Assembly: GCA_963805975.1 (NCBI GenBank)
Contig: CAWDVR010000004.1
Location: forward strand, 416,001 to 480,000
Direction of reading: 5' to 3'
Length of the DNA: 64,000 nucleotides
Origin: an uncultured Acidobacteriota bacterium
GTDB taxonomy: Bacteria; Acidobacteriota; Thermoanaerobaculia; Multivoradales; SZUA-115
Shown in pieces: positions 33,590 through 43,286 of this stretch (its first letter is position 1; the number at the start of each line of letters is the position of its first letter). The notes beneath the pieces are model-generated. The model ran no database searches. It saw only the letters and a list, made by a program, of their open reading frames with translations, and was not told the origin of the DNA. Both the position numbers and the translations under genes were made by a program.

Positions 33590-35148
33590 GGGGCCTCCTC
33601 GTCCGGCTCGGAGACGGCGGGAAGTGTGAGCCGCGCCACGGTGCCGCCGCCCGGTCTGTCGAGCAGCGCGAGCGCGCCGCCGTGCGCCTCGGCGAAGGCG
33701 TTGGCGATGGCCAGCCCCAGCCCGCCCGGCGCGCTGTCCGCGGCCTCCCCATGGCCGGCGCGGTGGCCGAAGCCGGAGGAGCGCCAGAGGCCCTTCACGC
33801 TCTCCGGCACGCCGGGGCCACGGTCCAGCACCTCGATCCGTATCCATCCGGAGCTCTCCGGATCACGATCCGCCGTCACCGCGATCGGCTCGCCGGCCGC
33901 CGCGGCGCGCGCTGCGTTCTCGAGCAGGTTGACCAGGATCTCGAGCGTGAGCGAAGGGTCGACGTCGAGCTCCGGGCAGCCGGGTTCGATCGCGACCTCG
34001 AGCTGCTGTGCGGCGAGGACCGATGCCAGGCTCTCTCGCGCCGCCGCGACCAGCGAGGCCACCGGGACCGGCGTGCGGCGCGGGCGCGCCACGCCCGCTT
34101 CGAGCCGCGCGAACGAGAGCAAATTGTCGATGCGGCGGCTGAGGCGCTGCTCTTCGCGGGCCAGCGTCTCGAGGCTCGCGGCGGGTTGCGGCTGGCCTGC
34201 GAGCTGGCGGCCGAGGCTCTCGACCGAGAGATGCATGGCGGTGAGCGGCGTCCGCAGGTCGTGGGACACGGCGCGCAGGAGCGAGGTCTTGAGCTGTTCG
34301 CTCTGGCGCGCGGCCTCGAGATGGGCCGCCTCGGCCAGCAGCCGCTCGCGCTCGATGGCCAGCGCCAGGAGGCGTGCCGCCGGTTCGAGCACCGCACGCG
34401 AGGCCGCCACCTCCCGTGCCACCAATACGCCTTGGAAGCGCCCGCCGGCCGAAAGTGGAAGGTAGACGGTGCGCGAGGAACTGTCCCCGCCGATCATCGC
34501 GTCGGTTTCGAGCAGATGGCCGCCCGCGAGCGCCTGCCTCGCCCTTGGCTCGTCCAGCTCCGGGTGTACCTCGCCCACCCGGCTCGCCCATGCGAAGGCG
34601 CCGTGCTCGTCCTCCACCAGCAGGCCGCCGGACTCGGCGCCGATCGCCGCCAGTGTGCGCGCCGCGGCCTCTCCCAGTACGCCCGCTCGCTGGCTCACGG
34701 CGAAGAGGCTGAAGCAGAGGTCGTAGAGCGTCTCCACCTCGCGCCGCCGGCGCTCGGCCTCTGCCGCCTGCTCGCGGGCCAGGCCGACCAGCCGGGAGAC
34801 CAGTGCCGAAGAGACCAGGAACGCCCCCAGCGCCGCCCAGTTCGCCGGGTCCGCAATCGTCAGACCGCCCACTGGCGGCAGGAAGAAGTAGTTGAGGCAG
34901 AAAGTGGCGCCGAGCGAAGCGGCGATGCCCACGGCCCAGCCGCTCCAAGTGGAGAAGCCGAGGACCAGGAGCAGGTAGGCGAAGGCGGCGGTGGTGGCGT
35001 TGGCCCCCGCGGCGTGACCGGCGACGGTGACGAGCGCCAGGGTGAGGGGCAAGGCAGCCCAGGCTGGCCAGCCGGCGCCCGGGAGCTGCGCGAGGGTGGG
35101 ACGCCCCGCGGCGCCTGGAGGTGCCGAGGCAAGGCGGTCGGTGAGCAC
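33586..35148 (-). CDS. KdpD-like membrane histidine kinase (4-TM, GAF, HisKA, HATPase) lacking the N-terminal KdpD/Usp domains
   Basis: LNYFFLPPVGGLTIADPANW, LKTSLLRAVSHDLRTPLT, NLLENA, DRGPG, GLGLAI. Confidence 0.88.
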   Translation of the reverse strand: MLTDRLASAPPGAAGRPTLAQLPGAGWPAWAALPLTLALVTVAGHAAGANATTAAFAYLLLVLGFSTWSGWAVGIAASLGATFCLNYFFLPPVGGLTIADPANWAALGAFLVSSALVSRLVGLAREQAAEAERRRREVETLYDLCFSLFAVSQRAGVLGEAAARTLAAIGAESGGLLVEDEHGAFAWASRVGEVHPELDEPRARQALAGGHLLETDAMIGGDSSSRTVYLPLSAGGRFQGVLVAREVAASRAVLEPAARLLALAIERERLLAEAAHLEAARQSEQLKTSLLRAVSHDLRTPLTAMHLSVESLGRQLAGQPQPAASLETLAREEQRLSRRIDNLLSFARLEAGVARPRRTPVPVASLVAAARESLASVLAAQQLEVAIEPGCPELDVDPSLTLEILVNLLENAARAAAAGEPIAVTADRDPESSGWIRIEVLDRGPGVPESVKGLWRSSGFGHRAGHGEAADSAPGGLGLAIANAFAEAHGGALALLDRPGGGTVARLTLPAVSEPDEEAP

Positions 35149-35157
35149 CCCGCTAGT

Positions 35158-35700
35158 CTAGCCTTGCGTTCGATAGGGGCTCTCGGCCCGATAGCGCTTC
35201 TCGAACTCCTCGCGCGCCACGATCGTCTTCCGGTCTTCCACACGGTCGATGGCGAGCACACCGTCCAGATGATCGATCTCGTGCTGGAGAAGCTCGGCCA
35301 GGTCGTCGTCCGGTCCCGCCTGCACCTCGTGCAAGGCACCGTAGAGATCCTGGTAGCGCACGGTGACCCGGCAGTGCCGCCGCACCTGCATGAAGATCGA
35401 GAGGAAGGAGAGGCAGGCGTCCCAGACGATCATCGTCTCGTCGCTCGCCACGACGATCGCCGGGTTGACCAGCGGCCAGGGCTCCCGGCCGGGGAGCTGC
35501 AGGAAGATCACCCGTTCGAGCACACCGATCTGCGGCGCGGCAATGGCGCGGCCATAGCCGGTGGTGGCGCGCCAGTGGGCGAGCGTGTCGGCGAGGTCCG
35601 CCACCAGCGCCGCGACCTCAGGTGCCGCGGGGTCGGGGGCCGGAACGCAAGGCTCGCGCAGCAAGGGGTCGCCGAGCTGGAGGAGGGTTCGGACGGGCAT
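35158..35700 (-). CDS. def: Peptide deformylase-like protein
   Basis: GDPLLR, AIAAPQIG, DACLS, QHEIDHLDG. Confidence 0.85.
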   Translation of the reverse strand: MPVRTLLQLGDPLLREPCVPAPDPAAPEVAALVADLADTLAHWRATTGYGRAIAAPQIGVLERVIFLQLPGREPWPLVNPAIVVASDETMIVWDACLSFLSIFMQVRRHCRVTVRYQDLYGALHEVQAGPDDDLAELLQHEIDHLDGVLAIDRVEDRKTIVAREEFEKRYRAESPYRTQG

Positions 35701-35709
35701 GGCGTCGCC

Positions 35710-36669
35710 TCAGAGCAGCCAGCGCCGCACCTGCTCCGCGGTGAGGTTGCCGCCGCAGAGCGGCGTGGCGACCCGCGAGCCGGCGAAGCGCTCGCGGTGG
35801 GTGAGGGCCGCGGCCACGCCGGCCACGCCCGCGGGCTCGACGACCAGGTCCAGCTCGTGGCGGAGGAGGCGCATGGCGGCAAGGAGAGACTCTTCGTCCA
35901 CCGCCAGCACCTCGTCCACCCAGAGCAGCATCTCCGCCACGGCCTCGGGCACCGGCAGGCGGACCGCGATGCCGTCGGCGATGGTCGAGGCAGTCTCGGT
36001 CGCGACCGGCTTTCCGGCGCGGAAGGAGCGCTCCATGGCCGGAGCGCCAGCCGCGACCACGCCCACGACGCGCGTGGCCGGCGCGTGCGCCTTCATCCAG
36101 CGGCCGATGCCGTTGACCAGCGCGCCGTTGCCGAGCGGCACGAGGAGCGCGTCGAAGGCCACCCCCGAACGCTCGATCTCGAGGCCGATGGTGCCCGCGC
36201 CCTCGGTGATCGCCGGGTCGCGGCCGTCCTCCACGAAGAGCGCCCCGGTGGCGGCGGCGAAGGTGCGGGCGGCCTCCTTGGCGGCGTCGAAGTCCGCGCC
36301 TTCGAGGCGCACCTCGGCTCCCAGCTCGCGGATGCGCTCCACCTTCAGCGGGTTGGCCTCGCGGGCGGCGAAGACGGTGAGCGCCAGGCCGCGCTTGGCC
36401 GCGGCGTAGGCGAGCCCCTGGCCGAAGTTACCCGCCGAGCCGCAGACCAGGTCCGGCGCTCCTTCCAGGCAGGCGACGAACCACTCCGCGCCACGGCCTT
36501 TGAAGCTCCGGATCGGGTTGGCGGTCTCGACCTTGAAGAAGAGGTCTAGACCCAGGCGCGCGGAGAGCGGCGGATGGTCGAGGAGCGGCGTGTCCCGGAA
36601 CACCGGATCGATCACCCGCGCGGCCTCCTCGATGCGCGCGAGGGAAAGAGCGGAGGACGCGGGCTCCAT
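35710..36669 (-). CDS. PLP-dependent threonine/serine dehydratase family protein
   Basis: SFKGRG, SAGNFGQG, PLGNGAL, TIADGIAV, VVEPAG, CGGN. Confidence 0.88.
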   Translation of the reverse strand: MEPASSALSLARIEEAARVIDPVFRDTPLLDHPPLSARLGLDLFFKVETANPIRSFKGRGAEWFVACLEGAPDLVCGSAGNFGQGLAYAAAKRGLALTVFAAREANPLKVERIRELGAEVRLEGADFDAAKEAARTFAAATGALFVEDGRDPAITEGAGTIGLEIERSGVAFDALLVPLGNGALVNGIGRWMKAHAPATRVVGVVAAGAPAMERSFRAGKPVATETASTIADGIAVRLPVPEAVAEMLLWVDEVLAVDEESLLAAMRLLRHELDLVVEPAGVAGVAAALTHRERFAGSRVATPLCGGNLTAEQVRRWLL

Positions 36670-36787
36670 GAGCGGGGATTGAGGAGATCTCGGGGTTGCA
36701 CCGGAGGTTGCGCGAACCCGGTCGAGCCGATTCTAGCCGCTCGTGCCATGAGATAGAGGGGCACGCGGCCGACAGTCCCGGCAGAGG

Positions 36788-37093
36788 CTCGGTGCGAGGC
36801 TCAATGGCACTCTCACGTTCGACGTGGCGGCCGGGGCTACCGCCACGGTCCTCGAACCGGGCCAGATCGCCAACGTCTCGGGCGAGGGGGAAATCGTCAA
36901 GAACGGTGCCGGCACGCTGGAGACGGTGGCCAAGAGCGTCTATGCCGGTCCGACGATCATCAAGGCGGGCTTCGTGGTCCTCGACGGGCGGCTCGGCGCG
37001 GCGGACGGCACGGTGGAGAACGGCACGCGGGTCGAGAGCGGGGGATCGCTGGCCCTGCGAGCGAGCGCACCGGCCGGCGGCGGCATCCGCTAA
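36788..37093 (+). pseudogene. Fragment of an autotransporter passenger-associated repeat protein
   Basis: [15 protein letters not shown]-like [29 protein letters not shown]; no signal peptide or barrel. Confidence 0.55.
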
Positions 37094-37107
37094 GATCCGC
37101 CGCCGTC

Positions 37108-39381
37108 ATGGGACGCAAGCCAAGAGCCGGGCGCTCCGGCCCCCGCGCACCGATCCTGCCCTTCACCGAGGTCGAGAGGGTACCGCTCGCCGTCTTCACC
37201 GAGAAGGCGTACCTCGACTACTCGATGTACGTCATCCTCGACCGCGCCCTGCCGCACGTGGGCGACGGCCTGAAGCCGGTGCAGCGGCGCATCGTCTACG
37301 CGATGAGCGAGCTGGGCCTCTCGGCGCAGGCCAAGTTCAAGAAGTCGGCGCGCACCGTGGGCGACGTGCTGGGCAAGTACCACCCGCACGGCGACACCGC
37401 CTGCTACGAGGCCATGGTGCTGATGGCGCAGCCCTTCTCCTTCCGCTACCCGCTGGTCGAGGGGCAGGGCAACTGGGGCTCGCAGGACGACCCCAAGTCC
37501 TTCGCCGCCATGCGCTACACCGAGGCGCGCCTCACCCGCTTCTCCCAGACCCTGCTCTCCGAGCTCGAGCAGGGCACGGTCGAATGGGGACCCAACTTCG
37601 ACGGCACCCTCGAGGAGCCGCGCCTCATGCCCTCGCGGCTGCCGCACGTGCTGCTGAACGGCGCCTCCGGCATCGCGGTCGGCATGGCGACCGACATCCC
37701 GCCGCACAACGTCGGCGAGCTGGTCACCGCCGCCCTCCATCTGCTCGACCATCCCAAGGCGACCTCCGCGGACCTCGCCGCCTTCCTGCCCGGCCCCGAC
37801 TATCCGACCGAGGCCGAGATCATCTCGGGGCCGGAGGAGCTGCTCGCGATCTATGAGACCGGCGCCGGCAGCGTGCGCCTGCGCGCTGCCTGGGAGATGG
37901 AGGGCAACGACGTGGTGATCACCGCGCTGCCCTACCAGGTCTCCGGTGCCAAGGTGCTGGCGCAGATCGCGGGCCAGATGCAGGCCAAGAAGCTGCCGAT
38001 GGTCGAGGACCTGCGCGACGAGTCGGACCACGAGAACCCCACGCGGCTGGTGATCACCCTGCGCTCGAACCGGGTCGAGGCCGAGCCCCTCCTCGCACAC
38101 CTCTTCGCCACCACCGAGCTCGAGCGCACCTACCGCGTGAACCTGACGGCCATCGGCCTCGACGGCCGGCCGCGGCAGTACGACCTCGCGACGCTGCTCT
38201 CCGAGTGGCTGGCTTTCCGCATCGAGACGGTGCGGCGGCGCCTGCGGTTCCGCTTCGACAAGGTGCTGGCGCGGCTCCACCTCCTCGAGGGCCTGCTGGT
38301 CGCCTACCTCAACCTGGACGAGGTGATCCGCATCATCCGCACCGAGGAGGAGCCGAAGCCCGTGCTCATCGAGCGCTTCGGCCTCTCCGATCTCCAGGCC
38401 GAGGCCATCCTGGAGACCAAGCTGCGGCACCTGGCGCGGCTCGAGGAGATGAAGATCCGGGGCGAGCAGGACGGCCTGCTCAAAGAGCGCGACGCGCTGG
38501 ACCAGTTGCTGGCCTCCGAAGGCAAGCTCAGGCGCCGCGTGCGCGAGGAGCTCTCCGCCGACGCCGCCGAGTTCGGCGACCCCCGGCGCTCGCCGATCCG
38601 CCGGAGAGAGGCGGCGCGGGCGCTCGCCGAGTCCGAGCTCCTGCCCTCCGAGCCGGTCACCGTGATCCTCTCCGAGAAGGGTTGGGTGCGCGCCGGCAAG
38701 GGCCACGACGTCGAGGTCGAGGGCCTCGCCTACCGCGGCGGCGACTCGTTCCTGGCCGCCGCCAGGGGGCGGAGCAACCAGCTCGCGGTGTTCCTGGACT
38801 CGACCGGGCGCTCCTACTCGCTTCCCGCCCACACGCTGCCGGGGGCGCGCGGCCACGGTGAGCCGCTGTCCTCGAGCTTCACACCGCCGGCCGGCGCCTC
38901 GTTCGTGGGCGTGGTGCTCGGCAGCGAGGACGACTGGGTGCTCCTCTCGACCACCGCCGGCTATGGCTTCGTGGCGCGGCTCGCGGACCTCTTCGCCAAG
39001 AACAAGGCCGGCAAGGCGGTGATCTCGGTGTCGGCCGGCGCGAAGGCCCTCGCTCCGCAGCCGGTGTCCTCGCTGGATGGCGACGAGCTGGCCGCGGTCA
39101 CCGACGCCGGGCACCTGCTGGTCTTCGCACTGGCCGAGCTGCCGCAGATGCCGCGCGGCAAGGGCGTCAAGATCCTCAACATCCCGCGCTCCAAGGGCGG
39201 CACCGAGTCTCTGGTGGCGGCGGCGGTGCTGCCGGACGGCGCCACCCTCCGCATCCACGCGGGCAAGGGCTACACCAACCTCAAGGGCGCCGAGCTCAAT
39301 CCCTTCCGCGGCGCCCGCGCCCAGCGCGGCATTCTGCTCTCGAAGAACTACCGCCGGGTCGGGCGGGTCGAGGTGGTGTAG
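37108..39381 (+). CDS. parC: DNA topoisomerase IV subunit A
   Basis: [48 protein letters not shown], catalytic AAMRYTE; short C-terminal domain. Confidence 0.93.
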   Translation: MGRKPRAGRSGPRAPILPFTEVERVPLAVFTEKAYLDYSMYVILDRALPHVGDGLKPVQRRIVYAMSELGLSAQAKFKKSARTVGDVLGKYHPHGDTACYEAMVLMAQPFSFRYPLVEGQGNWGSQDDPKSFAAMRYTEARLTRFSQTLLSELEQGTVEWGPNFDGTLEEPRLMPSRLPHVLLNGASGIAVGMATDIPPHNVGELVTAALHLLDHPKATSADLAAFLPGPDYPTEAEIISGPEELLAIYETGAGSVRLRAAWEMEGNDVVITALPYQVSGAKVLAQIAGQMQAKKLPMVEDLRDESDHENPTRLVITLRSNRVEAEPLLAHLFATTELERTYRVNLTAIGLDGRPRQYDLATLLSEWLAFRIETVRRRLRFRFDKVLARLHLLEGLLVAYLNLDEVIRIIRTEEEPKPVLIERFGLSDLQAEAILETKLRHLARLEEMKIRGEQDGLLKERDALDQLLASEGKLRRRVREELSADAAEFGDPRRSPIRRREAARALAESELLPSEPVTVILSEKGWVRAGKGHDVEVEGLAYRGGDSFLAAARGRSNQLAVFLDSTGRSYSLPAHTLPGARGHGEPLSSSFTPPAGASFVGVVLGSEDDWVLLSTTAGYGFVARLADLFAKNKAGKAVISVSAGAKALAPQPVSSLDGDELAAVTDAGHLLVFALAELPQMPRGKGVKILNIPRSKGGTESLVAAAVLPDGATLRIHAGKGYTNLKGAELNPFRGARAQRGILLSKNYRRVGRVEVV

Positions 39382-39386
39382 ATGTG

Positions 39387-39416
39387 GTTGACTCATCACC
39401 ATGAGTCAACTATGAT
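39387..39416 (+). promoter_or_regulatory. Sigma-70 promoter overlapped by a palindromic operator
   Basis: TTGACT-N17-TATGAT; perfect inverted repeat GTTGACTCAT-CACC-ATGAGTCAAC. Confidence 0.8.
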
Positions 39417-39423
39417 CCTCGGT

Positions 39424-39678
39424 ATGAGTAAGCGGCTCCAGGTGCTGTTCGAAGAACCCGAGCTCGACGAGATCCAGCAGGTGGCTCGTGGCCAGCGGAT
39501 GACGGTGGCCGAGTGGGTTCGCCAGACCTTGCGAACGGCAGTCCGCCAGCAGCCGGTCCAGGCACGCAAGTCAAAACTGGACGTAGTCCGGGCGGCGGCT
39601 CGGCACCACTTCCCGGCCCCCGACCTCGAGCAGATGCTGGCCGAGATCGAGCAGGGGTACCCCAGAGCACTGCCTTGA
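39424..39678 (+). CDS. Ribbon-helix-helix (VapB-like) antitoxin
   Basis: MSKRLQVLFEEPELDEIQQVARGQRMTVAEWVRQTL; overlaps the PIN toxin start. Confidence 0.8.
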   Translation: MSKRLQVLFEEPELDEIQQVARGQRMTVAEWVRQTLRTAVRQQPVQARKSKLDVVRAAARHHFPAPDLEQMLAEIEQGYPRALP

Positions 39679-40070
39679 CCTTCGTGGACTCGAATGTGCC
39701 TATGTACCTCGTGGGCGCGCAGCATCCCAACAAAACCGTGGCGCAGCGGCTCCTCGAGGAACTGATCCAGGCCGAGGAACGGCTGGTGACAAACGTCGAG
39801 GTGCTGCAAGAGATCCTGCACCGATACCACGCGATCGCCCGGCCCCAGGCGATCCAGCCGGCGTTCGACTCCCTGCTCGGCGTGGTGGACGAGGTGTTCG
39901 CCGTCGAGCTGCCGGACGTACAGCGGGCCAAGGACCTGCTGCTGGCCACCGCGGGCCTTTCGGCTCGCGACTGCCTCCATGTGGCGGTCATGGAGCGGTA
40001 CGGCGTCGACCGGGTTCTGAGCTTCGATGCCGGCTTCGACCAGATCGCCGGCCTCGAGCGGCTGCGGTAG
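39675..40070 (+). CDS. vapC: VapC-family PIN domain toxin
   Basis: FVDSNVPMY, EVLQEILHRY, LSARDCLHVA, SFDAGFD. Confidence 0.87.
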   Translation: MTFVDSNVPMYLVGAQHPNKTVAQRLLEELIQAEERLVTNVEVLQEILHRYHAIARPQAIQPAFDSLLGVVDEVFAVELPDVQRAKDLLLATAGLSARDCLHVAVMERYGVDRVLSFDAGFDQIAGLERLR

Positions 40071-40118
40071 CACGAACGAGCCCGCGTCTCGGGCATCACC
40101 CAGGGCGCGGGCTCTTGC

Positions 40119-43115
40119 CTACTGCGTCACAACGAAGCTCTGCGTGCTGGTGGCGGAGCCGGCACTGGTCGTGACCCGGATCGGCCCCGAGGTTGCCCCG
40201 GCCGGCACTTCGGCGGAGAGGAAGTTCGGGCCCGCGAAGAGCACGAACGGTGAAGCCACGCCGTTGAAGAAGACCTGGGACGGGTCTTGGAAGTTGGCGC
40301 CCTGGATGGTGATGCGATCACCGGGCCGGCCGCTCGGCGGGTTGAAGAGGGCGATCGACGGCCCGCCGCCGGCCGGTGTGACCGTGAACGGCGTGAAGCT
40401 CGCGCCCGTGCCGCTCGCGTTGGTGACCCGGATGGGCCCGGTGGTGGCGCCGTTAGGGACGGTGGCGAGCAGGTTGCCGTTGGGGAGCCTGGGGAAGGAG
40501 GCTGACGGCACGTTGTTGAAGGTCACCGCGGTCACGCCGGTGAAGTTGAGGCCGAGGATCTCGACCTGGGTGCCGAACGGGCCGGAGAACGGGCTGAAAC
40601 CGTTGACCACCGGGGTGCCGGCGCCCACCGCGGTCACGATGAGCGAGACCGGCACGGTCACCACCGGCGCACCCGGCGCGGTCACCGTGATCGTGGCGCT
40701 GTAGCTGCCCGCGGCGAGACCGGCGACGTTGATCGAGACGTTGGTGGCACCAGGGGTGGTGCCGGCAGCCTGCGACAGGTTCACGAAGGCGGAGTTGTCG
40801 GACACAGACCAACTGAGCGGCGCGGCGCTGGAGCCGATCTGCAGCACCTGCACGGCCGGCGCCGGCCCGCCCTGGGGAGCCGTGAAGCTGAGGCTCGGAG
40901 GAGAGACCGTGAGGCTGCCGGCCGGGGGCGGTGGGGAGGTGAGGGTCAGCGAGACCGGCACGGTCACGTTCGGCGAGCCGGACGCCGCCAGCGTGATCGC
41001 GGCGTTGTACGTGCCGGGGACGAGGCCGGCGATGTTGACCGACGCGGTCAGGGCGCCGGGAGTGGTCCCCGAGGCCGGGTTGAGGGTCAGCCAGGACGCG
41101 TTCTCCGTGGCGCTCCAGCCGAGGACCGAGCCCGTGCTGCCGATGGTCACGGCGCGCGGTGCCGGGTTGGCCCCGCCGGGGACGGCGGAAAAGGAGAGTG
41201 AGACGGGGCTGGTGGTGAGGTTGCCGGCCAGCGGTGGCGGTGGCGGCGGCGCGGGCGGGCGCACGACGGTGAAGGCCCCGCTGTCGCCCATCACCACCAC
41301 CTGGCCGGCGGAATTCTTGGCGATCACCCGCAGCTTCGCGCTCGCCATCGAGCCCGACGGAGTGGGGACCACGAAGTTGAGCGACCGCTGCCCAGCCGGC
41401 AGGTTCTTGCCGTTGAACAGATCCTGCCAGGTCCCGCCGTCGAAAGAGATCTGCACGTCCTGCGAGCTGATGGCCGCGGTGCTCCCGGCAATGCTCCACG
41501 CCGCCATCGCAGCCTGACCCGAGGTCAGCGTCGAGCCGCCAGCCGGCGCGGTGACCGCGATCGGCGGCCGCCGCACCTCGATGGTGACCGTCAGCGGCTC
41601 GATCTCGTAGTCGTCGCTGTCGGCGCCGATCATGTAGTTGAAATCGCCGTCCCGGGCGTCCGAATCGGCGGTGATCTCGATCCGGGCGAGGTTGCCCAGA
41701 CCCGGCTGCAGGGTGAACATGTGGTTCAAGTCCTGGGGGTCGACGGTCGTCAGCTCGACCTCGCCCGTGTAGCCGGGAGAGCAGCCGAACACCGTGCCGC
41801 GGTCGAGGTTGAGGAGGAAGTCCGTCATCATGCCGGGCTCGACCTGCGGGTTGGCGGCGAGGTTGGTGCTGAGCGTCAGCCGCGGGGGAGCGGCCTTCAC
41901 TTTCAGGCTGGCGGTTTCCTGGTCGGTCACGGTGCGGCCGTTGACCGTCACGCTCCCCTCCACGGTGAGCTGGTAGGTCTGCTCGGCGGCGGCGGGCGGC
42001 ACTTCGACCTGCAGCTCGGAGGGCACCTCGCTGCTGGCTTCCGTGATCGCCACCGAGGCCGGCGTGAAGCCGACGCTCATCGTGTTGGGCAGGGCCGGGT
42101 TCGACCCGGACAGGCGAAGGTTCACCGTTCCCTGGAAGTTGGCGGGGAAGTTGATCGGCGTGACCTTGAGGCCGAAGCGCGCACAGGTCGAGCGCCGGGC
42201 GTCGAGCGAGCCGGGCTCGATGGTGATCGCCAGCCGCTCGGCCTGGGGCACGGGAAGCACCGCCAGGTTGACGGTGGCCGAGACCTTGTCGGCATCGGGG
42301 GCGACCAGCGACGGCGACACGGTGAACGAGAAGGGGCCGGCGGGCGTTGTCGGCTGCGTCCGGACGAGGAGCACGGCGGTGTGCTGGTCGTCGGGGTTCG
42401 CCGAGGCCGGAATGGTGCGCGGGGTCAGCTCGGCGTTCTGGAGGGCGGCGGGCACCGTGAGGTTGAGCGTGATCGGCCCGAGGTAGCCGCTACGCTTCAC
42501 GACGACGTTATAGGTGGCAGTGGTTCCTGCCGGTACGACCAGCGAGCCCGGCGTGGCCGAGACCTCCACCCGGGGCTTGGCGATGGCCAGCCGCACGCCG
42601 CCGACCCGCTCCTGGACGGGCACGCAGATCGCGCACCTGCCGATGAGGTCGAATCTGTAGGTGTTGGGCGGCGTGTCGAACTGCGAGGTGAGCGTCACCG
42701 TGTACTTGCCGCAGTCGCCCGTGTCTCCGGGGCCGCAGGTGCGGATCTCTCCTTCGGCGCAGGCCCGCGCCTTCCGCTTGGGCGTGATGGTGCCGGTGAG
42801 CCTGGCGTTGAGCCCTGCCGGGTCCGGGCTCAGCCGGACCGTGACGCAGGTGGCCTCCAGGACGCCTCCCCGCTCCACGCCCACGAAGCGCTCGAAGGTC
42901 GCCGGCTGGCCCCCGGGAATGGGCTGGACGAGCTGCGGCCCGATGTCCGGGTCGCCGACCAGTCGGATGGCACCCGTGCCTCCTCCGCCCGGAGGCTGGG
43001 GCACGGGCTTCTGGGGCTGGACCTGCGCCCAGCAGAGTGCCGAAGTGAGAAAGACGGCGAGCCAGATCAGGGCGGCTGCCCGGAGAGCCCGGGCGCCGGG
43101 GGTGCTGTGTTGCAT
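40119..43115 (-). CDS. Large secreted multi-Ig-domain protein (BACON-like and IPT/TIG repeats)
   Basis: Signal peptide; two SP.SLSF.A..GG..P..WS...N.S.L..S...GTTP repeats; two F.P.SG..G..V.I.G.NF..V.FN.V..VP.GAT.GPIRVT repeats. Confidence 0.85.
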   Translation of the reverse strand: MQHSTPGARALRAAALIWLAVFLTSALCWAQVQPQKPVPQPPGGGGTGAIRLVGDPDIGPQLVQPIPGGQPATFERFVGVERGGVLEATCVTVRLSPDPAGLNARLTGTITPKRKARACAEGEIRTCGPGDTGDCGKYTVTLTSQFDTPPNTYRFDLIGRCAICVPVQERVGGVRLAIAKPRVEVSATPGSLVVPAGTTATYNVVVKRSGYLGPITLNLTVPAALQNAELTPRTIPASANPDDQHTAVLLVRTQPTTPAGPFSFTVSPSLVAPDADKVSATVNLAVLPVPQAERLAITIEPGSLDARRSTCARFGLKVTPINFPANFQGTVNLRLSGSNPALPNTMSVGFTPASVAITEASSEVPSELQVEVPPAAAEQTYQLTVEGSVTVNGRTVTDQETASLKVKAAPPRLTLSTNLAANPQVEPGMMTDFLLNLDRGTVFGCSPGYTGEVELTTVDPQDLNHMFTLQPGLGNLARIEITADSDARDGDFNYMIGADSDDYEIEPLTVTIEVRRPPIAVTAPAGGSTLTSGQAAMAAWSIAGSTAAISSQDVQISFDGGTWQDLFNGKNLPAGQRSLNFVVPTPSGSMASAKLRVIAKNSAGQVVVMGDSGAFTVVRPPAPPPPPPLAGNLTTSPVSLSFSAVPGGANPAPRAVTIGSTGSVLGWSATENASWLTLNPASGTTPGALTASVNIAGLVPGTYNAAITLAASGSPNVTVPVSLTLTSPPPPAGSLTVSPPSLSFTAPQGGPAPAVQVLQIGSSAAPLSWSVSDNSAFVNLSQAAGTTPGATNVSINVAGLAAGSYSATITVTAPGAPVVTVPVSLIVTAVGAGTPVVNGFSPFSGPFGTQVEILGLNFTGVTAVTFNNVPSASFPRLPNGNLLATVPNGATTGPIRVTNASGTGASFTPFTVTPAGGGPSIALFNPPSGRPGDRITIQGANFQDPSQVFFNGVASPFVLFAGPNFLSAEVPAGATSGPIRVTTSAGSATSTQSFVVTQ

Positions 43116-43233
43116 GGCAATGCTCCTCTCATCCTCGAAAAAGGATCGGATTCGGCAGCGGGTCGAGCCCGCCGCCTTGGGTTCGGGAGAGGAGGTTCCG
43201 CGGGCTGGTGCTTTTGGTTAGGCGGGTGAGGCG

Positions 43234-43270
43234 AAAAAGAAACTCCCCGCCCGACACAGGAAGGGCGGGG
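43234..43270 (-). terminator. Intrinsic terminator after the CHAT-associated small ORF
   Basis: Minus strand CCCCGCCC-N10-GGGCGGGG followed by AGTTTCTTTTT. Confidence 0.65.
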
Positions 43271-43286
43271 TGCAGGGCGGCTGCGC

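Noticed and set aside
36731-36820. TGGCAC hexamers as sigma-54 promoters
   Set aside because: No TTGC at the required spacing on either strand.
33682-39402. Long ORFs 33682-36549 (+) and 37090-39402 (-), and similar 400-900 aa antisense ORFs across the window
   Set aside because: Antisense to genes with clear motifs; expected from GC3 bias, so not evidence of overlapping genes.
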